This document shows positions 53,465 through 64,000 of a stretch of 64,000 nucleotides of DNA, piece by piece. The position numbers and the translations under genes are program-made. Origin of the DNA: Sphyrna mokarran (lineage: Eukaryota); the NCBI GenBank assembly GCA_024679065.1, contig JAGIQG010000014.1, positions 8,742,001 through 8,806,000 of the forward strand, given 5' to 3'. The notes beneath the pieces are model-generated. The model was not told the origin of the DNA, made no database searches, and was given only the letters and a program-made list of their open reading frames with translations. Numbering within the stretch: position 1 is the stretch's first letter; every line of letters starts with the position of its first letter.

Positions 53465-53770
53465 TCCATAAAATCCATAGAGATTCTACACTATAGTAAG
53501 ATGCCATTCGGCCCGTGGGCCCTGAACTGACTCTGCAAAAGTGCACTCCACTTCGGCCCAGTCTCTGCCCTATTCCATGAACTCGGATCATTGACCATGG
53601 CGAATCCACTTAAACCACAACTTAAACGATGCGATGGAATTAAGGGAATTCGGAGGAAACCTACGTAGACACAAGGAAATCGTAGAACCTCCATACAGAC
53701 AGTCACTCTCGGATGGAATCAATCTGCATCTTTGGCGCTGGGAGATTGCAGTACGAAGCATTGTGCCACT
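53465..53770 (-). mobile_element. tRNA-derived SINE, paralog of 15687-15988
   Basis: It has the same aatccataaaatccatag tail and the same position within the duplicated block. Confidence 0.65.
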
Positions 53771-56128
53771 TGTCCGGAGAGATGTGCTTCGTCTTCGATT
53801 AAAATTGAGCAACCAGACCATTAACACAACTGTTCAGTTCCCAGCCTCATGGGCCGAACACGCTTGGCCTAAGAGACATTCAGGAGTACAGGGCAAATGT
53901 CTACATGACATCTTGGAAAATACCTGCACCAAATTTGCTGGAAGGAGGAGATCGATTAGTGACATTTTCAATAGACTTTTAATTGAGAATATTCAGCTGA
54001 TTAATCCATCACGTCAGCTGGTGGAATTTGAATTCAATGAAAAAAGAACTGCAATTAATAATTTACTGAACGTGGGAAACCATTGCCGATTGTTGGAAAA
54101 GCCCATCTCACCTCCCAAGTTGGCAAGTTGGCACTTGCCTGGCCAACGTGTGACTCCAGAACCGCAGCAAAACAGTTAAGTCGCTACCAGGGGCTACAAG
54201 AGATGGAGATTACATCCTGGCGAGCTAGCGATGCCCATGTCCTACGAATGAATAAAAATTGAATAGTGTCAGTGGTGTGCCAACTACGAGACACTGTAAC
54301 GTTACCATTCCAGCACCTTCCGAGTTCACTAGCTCTACTACCGAGAAGGAAAATAATACATAAATAATAATAAATAAGTTATTAATAAATAATAATAAGC
54401 TGGGACTGCCCACATTCCAGGAAAAAATAAGCAAATAAAAAGTCTTTTCTTATTGCAAGGATGCTTCTACCTGGATATCACACGCTGCGTCCACTGCTTA
54501 TCATAGCTCTGTTGTCGCTTCAAACGACAGACATGCTATTTTTACTTCTGTCAAATTTCTAACCCGGCACGCCATTTTATTCCTTGAATAAAATTTGACT
54601 ATCAAACCCGATGGCAATGGTAGTATGAGTGGTGTGAATTGCTTTAAAGTAACAGGTAATGATTAAAAAGTGTCCTGCTGGCTCTGATGGGCCTCAACGA
54701 CACATGAATGTCATGTTTCCAGTTCAAAATATTTGGAACTTTTCCCTACTAACGTGGTAGCAGTGCCAAACAGCACTAGATTGATTATCAAAAGTTTGCA
54801 GAACTTCATCTTCACATGACTGTGCTTTCGTTACCCATCAATAATATTCATCGGAGTAACGTCACATACACAAACAAAAGCACGTGGAAAGGTGCATCTG
54901 TGACAGAGTGATTGGTGAGGGTTAATATTCTTTCTTCCAGAGAATGTTTGATGCCTTTATCGCCCTCAGAACATGCCTATGAACATATCTGTGCATATAG
55001 CAATATGGATAGCGTAGACGACATAGTCTGAGAAACCTCCTTTAACACATTTATTGATATTCCAATTGTACTGAAAGTGAGCCTAAACTCGAAACACCTT
55101 CACCATCAGACTCGATCTTGCTATTAATCTCGTAAGCCTCACCTGAAATGCATCAGGCAGATTTTTTTTTTCCTTTAATTACAAGGTCACTGCAATATAA
55201 AGCACCCCAGGCGCGTGATCATCCGTTTCCTGTATTAGTTTTATCAGCTGAGGCTAGGGAGTAGATGGTGAAGCGCATGGACGAAATGGTGATGTCCAAT
55301 GGACATTTCTTTGCTCATGCCTGATCTGATGCCATGATATTTCATTACGTTCCGGTGGAGGTTGTGGACCCCACATCCGTCTCTAGAGAATCATTGCCCA
55401 ACACTTGGCTACTTGCCACCACCCGTAGCCACATGCGAGAATGGTGATAATGGTGTTTGGGTTGTTGACTGAGGAAAGTATATCTATATCAATCATTTGC
55501 TTCACTTGTGACCAGTCCTCAAAATTTCGAATGTGAGACTTTTCCCGAATTAATGTCCTGGGTATGCTGCTGTTTTTTTTTTCTCTCTCTCTGGCACCAA
55601 TGGTAATGCTTGATGATCCATATTTTTTTTTTCCACTTATAATTCAAGTGGCTAGCTCTAGTTTCAGAGCCAGCCACTTAACGAGGGTATGGACTCTTAC
55701 ATATAGGTCAAATTAGGTAAAGATTACAGATTGCCGAAACAAGTGTTTTTTTTTACTGGAATTAGCCATCTTTCATCGTCATCAGTAGAGGGGAGTTTTG
55801 TTCGTTTTCAAGTTGCAAGATTCCATTTCTGTTCAAGCAATTGCAATGTCAGGACATTAACGGCTGCCAATAGAACATTAAACTCGGTTTCTTGATTTCT
55901 CACCAACTGACCTTTTCACTAAACCAGCATCTATCCAAATGATTGGCTTCCTGGTACTTGCCAGAACAATGGACTCTCTAGCAAAACGTGACTTATACCT
56001 ATCATTGGTAAAATTATATGAATAGCACTGAAAATAGAATTCTCTGTGATATGCTCATAAATCGATGCTGAAGTATGTTTTCTCAAATCAAGCTAAATAC
56101 AATGTGATCAGAGCTGCAATCGAGCATA

Positions 56129-56156
56129 TCCCCAAGGAAGTCGAACACTGTATAAA
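56129..56156 (+). promoter_or_regulatory. Putative gene E promoter: O/E-like site plus TATA
   Basis: TCCCCAAGGA 56129-56138 and TATAAA 56151-56156; ATG at 56242. The first motif is identical in pseudogene B (18346-18355). Confidence 0.5.
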
Positions 56157-56241
56157 TTAAACACTCGAGGCACGTACTGATTCAAGTTTCATTCAGAGAG
56201 GCTTGCCCGACCACAAAGGACCAAATTAGAACACACAGAAC

Positions 56242-56308
56242 ATGCATTACCCTATCGATAACATCCTGAAAATGTATTACATTATTCTTGTTGTTATTGG
56301 TCTTCCTG
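56242..56308 (+). CDS. GPCR gene E, coding exon 1 (MHYPIDNILKMYYIILVVIGLP-G)
   Basis: ATG at 56242, 22 codons plus 1 nt, donor G^GTAAGT. It is absent from the ORF track because it is short. Confidence 0.9.
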
Positions 56309-56999
56309 GTAAGTAACTACAATTATTAAAGTTGTACAAAGATGTGTCTCATCTATTCTATTGATTTGTTGTGCGATTGATGACGCCGCATACTGGCCTC
56401 GAGGACACAATTTCAGAGGCAATAAAAAAGTAATGTTATTTTATTGAACCAAAACGTCTTGAATTGCCAGAGGTGTTTTAATCAATTGTTTTATCCGGTA
56501 AAGTATCTCAGTATCAAACTAACGAGTTTCTGAGTTACCGTGCTCCGGGGTTTAAACGACATTGTGTAGATATGAATCAGACCTCAGTGCATGTAGCATC
56601 GTTGAGTAAAGTTAATAATCTCCTCTTCTTGCGATTTTCTACTATAGTAGAATTGTACTGAGTTTCCATCAGGAATTGAATTTGGAGCACTGACTACGCA
56701 TGGTTTTATGTCAATATAGAACTGTACAATGAGTTGTGCACTATCTGAACTAAAAATAAATTTGTGACTCCACCGAATATACATTACTTTATCTATGAAA
56801 CTCTGTTATACGCTGATCACCTGAAAAAAGTTTGTCAAACCATTATCTTCCAAGACTCTATTAAACGGGCAAGTTTGAGGGTGCACAGGCTTCTGAAAAA
56901 ATATATACATTCTGTCCCTTCCCTTCTCAGCATGCAGTCCTTACTTTCTCGGTTAGTCACCAAGTGAATCTCACTATATTTTTATCACCTCTCTTACAG

Positions 57000-57901
57000 C
57001 TAATTTTGTGGCAATTCTGATTCTATCACGGGGAAAATGCAACCTCTCTCCCTCTACTATTCGTTACCTGGTGACGATGGCAGCAGCAGATCTACTTGTC
57101 ATCATCTCAGAGGTTATACTGTGGCGAATTGTTTATTACTATTCCCCGGGAATTTTTCTGTACATCACCCCTGTGTGTAGTGTCATCAATGTCATACGCC
57201 GTGCAGCCATAGATTGTTCTGTCTGGTTTACTGTCACTTTTTCCTTTGATCGATTCTTGGCCATTTGTTCTCCAAAGCTGAGAACAAAATATTGCAACAA
57301 GAAAACGGCAGCTGTGGTTCTATTAACAACCTGCATATTTTTCTCTATCAAAAATGTACCCTTCTACTTTACACTTGAACCCGGAGCGATAATCAACAAT
57401 GTGCCATGGTACTGTTATGTAAATTCAATTTACTTCACTGAACCAGGATGGATGGCATTTGACTTGTTTAATTGGGTTTTAACTCCAATTCTCCCATTTA
57501 TTTTAATTCTGCTGTTCAATGTGTTGACAGTCAGATACATTTTGGTTGCTAGTCGAGTCCGTAAGACACTGAAGGGTCAAAGAAAAGGAGAAAATCACAG
57601 TGACCCAGAGATTGAGGGCAGAAAGAAGTCTCGGATTTTATTGTTCAGCATATCTGGCAGCTTCATTCTTCTGTGGTTATTATTTGTTTTGTATGTCTCA
57701 TATTATAACATTACTGGAGCGAATGCCAGGAATTATAACGTTTCTGAATTTATCTTTCAACGAGTTGGGTTTATGCTGCGGAATTTAAGTTGTTGCACAA
57801 ACACATTTATTTATGTGGCGACTCAGTCTAAATTCAGGGAGCAGATCAAAAGTGCAATGAAATATCCATTTACTCTAATTAAACAAATATTTAATGAATG
57901 A
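57000..57901 (+). CDS. GPR139/GPR142-like GPCR gene E, coding exon 2 (spliced product 322 aa, intact)
   Basis: Acceptor cctctcttacAG ends at 56999, and G+CT gives A-N-F-V-A-I-L, i.e. GLPAN as in GPR139 TM1. Motifs: SRGKCNLS, YLVTMAAADLL, TPVC, DRFLAIC, NVPWYCY and SCCTNTFIYVATQSKFREQI. Confidence 0.93.
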
Positions 57902-60879
57902 CACAACGAAGCATAGTTCTGAAGCAAGTTCCAGTACTGGAAAATAACGTTGATCCAAAAGCTTGGGGAAACATTAGAGTGGACAGTTTTGTGATGTGGC
58001 TGGATCGATTTGGTTGGTGGATGGCTGTAGCAATTAAGTTTCTGGGAAATTATTATTCATTTGTCTTCAGAAGACAAAGATCCAGGAGCTAAGGAACAAG
58101 AGGTCGCATTCGGAGGACTCAAAGTAAAGATATTGGAGAAATAAATCATTGAAGGATTGTGAGCTAAGGGAGAGTGTTACGGGATATTTTGAGAAGATAG
58201 GTGCGTCCAAAATGTTCAGATAATACAAAGACACACAAGTTCAATGTCCTAGTGAAAGACGTATCTTTATTGGCCAGCGATCGAAGAGAGAAATTACTAT
58301 TAATAATTCAGTGCCTTACAGAAAGAGAAGGCCTTGAGCATTCCATCCTCCCTCTGAGTTGTCAATACATCAGTCACTACAATTAGATATTTCTCAAGTT
58401 TGCTTCTCCTGCCTTTCTGGCATTCATGAACCAACCACCCTTAATACAAAGCAATCACCGTTAACAATTAAATTTTGGCCTAACCAATTGCATTTTACCC
58501 TCTGATATCATGAGATTTCGTTGGTCTGTAGTATCGAGATACGTATTCTCCCGGATGCTTAACTACAAAGGTCAAAGTTGATTATCCCACCAATTCTCAT
58601 TCATATCAAATGCCGAACAAAACAGCTGACATTCTTACAGCTGTGAAGACCTGTCTTATTAGGACAACTTGAATTGCCCAATACATAAATTGGCTTTGGG
58701 AACCAAACTGTTCATAGCTTTTGCTGATAGAATCATGTACATTTTGTGCGCTTCGTTCTTCCAAAGAATGTTGTTTGTCCGCTAAGGTGTCATTCCACCA
58801 TCCATCACAGCAGTCTATCTTTGGTTACAGTGTGCAATTACTTTCAAAATACAGCTCAAGTTCAAATTGCAAAATATATCTTAAATCTTAAATCCCAGAC
58901 CAAATTGCACACATATTCAAGGTTTTATTTTGTGGATGTTCATATTGTTCCCCTATTAGATTGTGATTCTGATCTGTGGTGACTTTAATCATTGCTAGCA
59001 GATTCAGTAGTGTTTAAATCTCTGATTATTTGAAATATCGCTGATCTACTACGAATTTCTGCAACAAATTAATCTTGGTAATGATGTTATATTATGAGGA
59101 GCGCTACGTTACGAGGGAGGTATACGACAACCTACAGTGAACTGTCAGATGCTTTGATCGAGTAATGGAATTGGTCGGATTTCTCCACGGAGAAGCGAAC
59201 CAGTTTCCTTGACATCCCCTGAACTCTCTCTGTGGCAAATACAACCTTCTTAATCTAAGGAAGTCAAAACTCTACGTAACTGTCCAGCTGCAATGACATC
59301 TAGTCTATGGAAAGCTATGGCATCAGCTATTTCTTACTTTGCTCGAATCCTTTTGCATAAGGTTTAAATGTCAAATGTCTTCTTAATCGTTTACCGATCC
59401 TGTCAGCTTTAAGAGATTCATGAACGATTACGACTCTTTGGACACAAACACATCCTAATCTCCCACCAGTCAAGAAATGTTCCGACCTTGTATTTTTCCC
59501 CTACCCAAAATGGATAATTCCTACATGCTTCCTGAAGGCGTTTGCATCTTTCTCAGTGAAAATAAGGCGCACAATATCGGGTTAGTTTTTTTTTCTGTCA
59601 TCTGACAGCAGAAGAGACACCAGATATATTATGAATTTTAACACTGGCCGGGCTATCGATTTGGAAGGACTTATCACCGCTTTCTTATAATTGTGATCTA
59701 GGCCAATGTCTATAAAAGACAAATTACCTTTGCTATCCTCTGGCAAATTCATTTTTCAAGCATGAGATTTTAGAAATATTAGTGTTTAATGTCCACATTC
59801 AACATTCAGTTGCATCCCATTTTCCCCAGCTCCTTGACGTACTTCTCAGATCAAGGCAAGTTGATCACGAAAAAAACTGAAAGTTGAATTTTTTCAGCTT
59901 CTTTTTTCATAGAATAGCCAATCACCTTGGATATTCGCTGCAAATTGTTTCAGTTCGGCACAAATACTCAGCTGAACACCAAACTATAAATATTTTCTTG
60001 AATTGGCCACATAGCTATTTTCCCATCAACATTATTAGAAAATAATTTGATGCTAAACCATCTTTTTTGGTTCTTTCACTACATTGGAAAAGTCTTAAGT
60101 CAAAATGACAGCATATTTGTCCACGTTGCCAGTGTAAACAGCACACGACATCGACTGATGAGTGCGAGACAGAGGTCAGCATAAACTCACGACTTCAGTT
60201 AAATAGCTGGGAAGGAAAGAGTGAAGTATCACAAGGATGCACACTGTATGAGTTGTTTAGTCAAGTTAAACACTTGTCAATGTTGTTTTATGGTAAATCT
60301 CAGGCTTGCAATATTCACACCATAATTCCAGGTGAATTACCAAAATCGGCCACTACAAAATCTTATATTGCTTCTGCACTAGATGAACATTCTCGGGAAA
60401 TTTAAATTGACCTGCTATATATCACAATCTGCAGTGGACTCTTCTGCATGTCCGACACCAATGCTGAATCCCGCCGCCATTTTTTTTATCCTTGGGTTCG
60501 AAATGCCTGTATGCAGAGGAATGCCGTTACTTAATTAAAAAAAATAGGAAAAAGGAAAATAATGCCTCCTTCAGAACAGTGGTTGTAATGGAAGTGATGT
60601 GGACATAACCTTAACCTATTCTCAGCTGAAGACGTTGTATGATGGAAGAAGTGGCATAAAATCAGATTCTTATGGACAATTTGCTAACCTTGATTCCCTT
60701 ATATTTACAGAGAGAAAATAAATCCGATATTTCGAGTCTGGAATATCCTAAGGTATCAAGTGGCATACACTTGTCCCGTATGATAGCTTTGTTGTGATTT
60801 GACTATGTAATGACCATTTCCATCTTCCAGAATGGTATGAAGGGATTCCTGAATCAAATTGCAAAATTCAATAAAATCA

Positions 60880-61092
60880 ACTGCATTCCTTGAAGTTTCA
60901 TCGCATTGCTAATATGAGCAGGTTAGGTTTATTGGTCATGACAAATTTCCCCTTGGTGTCAGGAGGATTATCAGACTCAATATGTGGGGATATGGGGATC
61001 AGGTATTGGTGAGATTGTTTTTATTTTGGTGCAGGTTGGTGGACCAAATGGCTTCTTTTTGCACTGAAAGGATTCTATCATTCTATCACATG
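60880..61092 (+). mobile_element. SINE 3' half (V-SINE/HE1-like)
   Basis: gcaggttaggtttattggtcatgacaaatttcccctt...ggaccaaatggcttct...ggattctatcattctat. Confidence 0.6.
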
Positions 61093-63289
61093 CTACACAT
61101 TCCATTTAGGAATCGACCAAACACATACAGCGTGCATCACGGTGACTTCCTACGTCAATTGACAAATTAAATGATCCATTACCAAATTTAATGAAGTATG
61201 AGTTTTAACTCCCAATTTTCTTATTTTTTTTGTTAAAGAGGAATGTTCATTTCTTTAGTTAAACAACATTTTAATATCTTGGTGTGATTCACGGATTTTC
61301 AAAAAGCAAAGCTCTGGATTTGATGTACAATCCCTTGAGGCTGCAGGCCAACCTGTGGCTTAGAGCACTAATTTGACCTCACGCAAATTATTCTGACACA
61401 CTTCTTTCTGAACACCTTGAGTCGACTTCCTCCCGATCAAAACGTAATCATATATTTCCAATGTACTCCAGTCCACAATCCTCTGAGGTATCTGTGTTTT
61501 TCCTATGCCTGTCACTCAAAACTCTGACTTTAATCGTTGCATATTTGCCAGGCATTGTTTCTGTCCTTGCAGATGCTACCAGGCCTGCCGAGTTTTTCGA
61601 CATTTTTTTTCCTTTAGTTTCATATTCTACCATCGGCACCTATTTGCTTCTATCCATTGTTTCGCTGCATTCCCTGTAACAATGTTGCAATCGCGGTTCA
61701 TCCTTCCAGTACGGAGCTTTCCCGAGTAATGATTGAAATTGTCCCTTGCTAGAATTGTTATCATATTACTCATTTTTACCTGTCCTTTATTTACTGTATT
61801 CTGTTCATCATAACCCGCGCGTCTGTGAGATACACGGGTCACTTCACGTTCTAATAATTGCTGAGATTCTGCAAGCCGTTTTTTTTTAATCCCATAAACC
61901 GAGATGAATGGATATTAATCGCCTCACTAACATGTTGGACAATTACTGATTTCCTATCACACTCCATTACCAGAATCTTCCCATGTTTTGCTACTCTTTT
62001 ACTCTATATGATGTCCACATGAGTTATCTCTTACGATATTCTGTGATATTGTAAAGCTCGCTGTGTTTTCTATGCGAATGCTGCCTTGAAGAATATTCCT
62101 CTCCCTCCATATGCGGCATCCAAACGCAGAGAAAACTTAGAACTAATTCCACTTGCTTCCAAGAGCTAGAACCGATCACACTGCACACAAGGGTATTTAA
62201 CACATTAATTGACACGGATTATAGGTCTTAACCATTTGCACCGAAAGACTTCCATGTGCTAGCAACGCCACCGCAGACCTCAGTTTGTAGTTTAATTGGT
62301 CAGCTAAGGGTTTACAGAACATTTGTTCAATCACTGTGATTTATTTCACAGTGCCCATAGCTGAAAGGATTTTGCGCTGTGGTGTTAACCACCGCGATAC
62401 TCAAATTTACAAATATATGCCTGCAAGTTCCATCCTTAACAATCCACACCGACTTTTTCCACTGTCATTCGGGAAATTGATCGACGCCCTCACTTCAGTC
62501 CCTGTTCATTTTACATGATGTTATATTGAACTGTGCTTGTTCTGAACCCAGTAATTGCAGAAAATGACTGAATCTTGTTGTTCTAATTCTGAAAATTAAA
62601 ATGAAAATATTGCCTACCTGGAACCATATCCTGAAATCCATTGTTGCAACTTCGTTACTGCCTCATACCGTTGAGCAACTTACAACAGGTGTAATGATGC
62701 TCTATGTCTGACCAGCCTTCGCCATCTAATTCGATGAGTCAACGATTTTTTTCTCAATCAAGCTGAATTTAATTCTCTCACCATTGCATCCTTCCAATTC
62801 GCCTTCCGTTTTCATCTTCTCTCTCCGTTACTCATTCAACTACCTTTCTTTTTCTTCATAACAGGTTACCACACTATTGCAATATCCATTCATCGAGATT
62901 CTTTGATACGTGCATAATTTTCATTAACACCTGCATCGTTGACCCTAAGTATTTTTAAAGTGTCTAACACATTCATATCAGCATTCACAAATCATGACTG
63001 TCAGTCGTTGTTTTCTGTTATCACCATTGTATAAGTTTCTGCAAAAATAGCTGTGTGGATGCACAATATTCTTTTAGATTCTGTTTCGACATATATATTT
63101 CTTGTCTATCACACTGCACTCTTCTAATTACACCACTCCGATTACACTGTGTCTTAATTTTCCTTAATTTTAATTTCATCTTTTCGGTCTTTTGACACTT
63201 CTGGCAGAGCCGGATTTCTTGATAAGTTAGTTGATAAGTACATGGAAGAGAAGGGAATGGTTTAGTTTGGAGGGTCATTGCTTTTTTCA

Positions 63290-63354
63290 TAATTGGTCGG
63301 CACAACATCGAAGGCCGAAGGGCCTGTTCTGTGCTGTAATGTTCTATGTTCTAT
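63290..63354 (+). mobile_element. CR1 3' tail
   Basis: ttggtcggcacaacatcgaaggccgaagggcctgttctgtgctgtaatgttctatgttctat is the reverse complement of 50975-51040. Confidence 0.85.
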
Positions 63355-63717
63355 TGAAACACGCTGTGCCTAGTCACAGAGCCCTGACCAATTTGGGGGA
63401 AGGATTTGCTGGCCATCCGCTGGCTGGTGCCTGGGAGTTGTACTCTGTTTATTTAATGGTAACGTTCAAGATACAGACAATACAAAGAAAACAGTCCTGT
63501 GTGATTGGTGCCTTTTCATTTCAGTCTGCGTCCGTGTAGAGTCTGTCAGTAGCATCAATCCCTTATCTTCGCATCTCCTGGTCCAGTTTAACCCTTGAAA
63601 CCACATGCCGAATGAAATGAAGACAATTATTTTCAAAAGGCTGATGTGGAAACTTGTTACATAAAATTTCCTGCAACGTTTCAAATATAACAATGGACAT
63701 ATTTGTAAAAATAAAGT

Positions 63718-63720
63718 TCT

Positions 63721-63751
<31 letters not shown>

Positions 63752-63800
63752 GCCTCTGAAAGTTTCCCCATCCATCTCTCCTTTTTTCTCGCTCTCTCTT
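63718..63800. repeat. (CT)n microsatellite
   Basis: Directly visible. Confidence 0.9.
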
Positions 63801-64000
63801 TCCAGAAGCCTTTCATTATCCAATGTGCCCTCGATCCATTCTTTTTTTTTAATCAGTCCATCTCAACCTCACGTTTTACTATTGACTTCAATTTTAATCG
63901 GAGTTATTGGCAAATCTCCGCCAGCAGTCAGGCAGGAGCTCGTTTAATCCGATCAGCAATTGGCTGCTCTTCGATGAGAATGAAAAATGACTTTGATTGG

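Larger units (their letters stand above)
52195..59125 (+). repeat. Segmental duplication copy 2 (contains intact gene E)
   Basis: Collinear with 14450-22190; see that feature. Confidence 0.9.

Noticed and set aside
53634-54179. 181-aa ORF
   Set aside because: It crosses SINE remnants, is not preserved in the duplicated copy and contains no recognisable domain.
63900-64000. CCAAT-like and GC-richer stretch at the window end as a promoter of a sixth gene
   Set aside because: No exon lies in the window and no O/E-TATA pair is visible.
1-64000. Prokaryotic systems (CRISPR, retron, DGR) suggested by the RT ORFs
   Set aside because: All RT ORFs are CR1/LINE type, there is no repeat-spacer array, and the DNA is intron-containing vertebrate sequence.

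Overview
Vertebrate genomic DNA, most likely from a cartilaginous fish; this is inferred from dense CR1 LINEs with (CATAGAA)n/(CATAAGAA)n-type tails and V-SINE-type elements. The window holds a tandem cluster of five paralogous class A GPCR genes resembling GPR139/GPR142, labelled A-E here. Each has a tiny first coding exon (67-70 nt, ending G-x-P-G^gt) and one large second exon. D (-) and E (+) are intact. A (-) has an open frame but degenerate key motifs. C (+) carries a single nonsense codon. B (+) is a heavily disabled copy that shares a ~7 kb segmental duplication with E. B, C, D and E share a short promoter arrangement: an O/E (EBF)-like TCCCnnGGGA site 20-22 bp upstream of a TATA-like box. 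Together with the birth-and-death pattern, this suggests a candidate chemosensory-type receptor repertoire, which is inference only. The remaining sequence is mostly repeats: young and old CR1, SINEs, a Tx1 fragment, a hAT transposase fossil, a ~490 bp fold-back element and one assembly gap. All alignments were made by eye and repeat boundaries are approximate.
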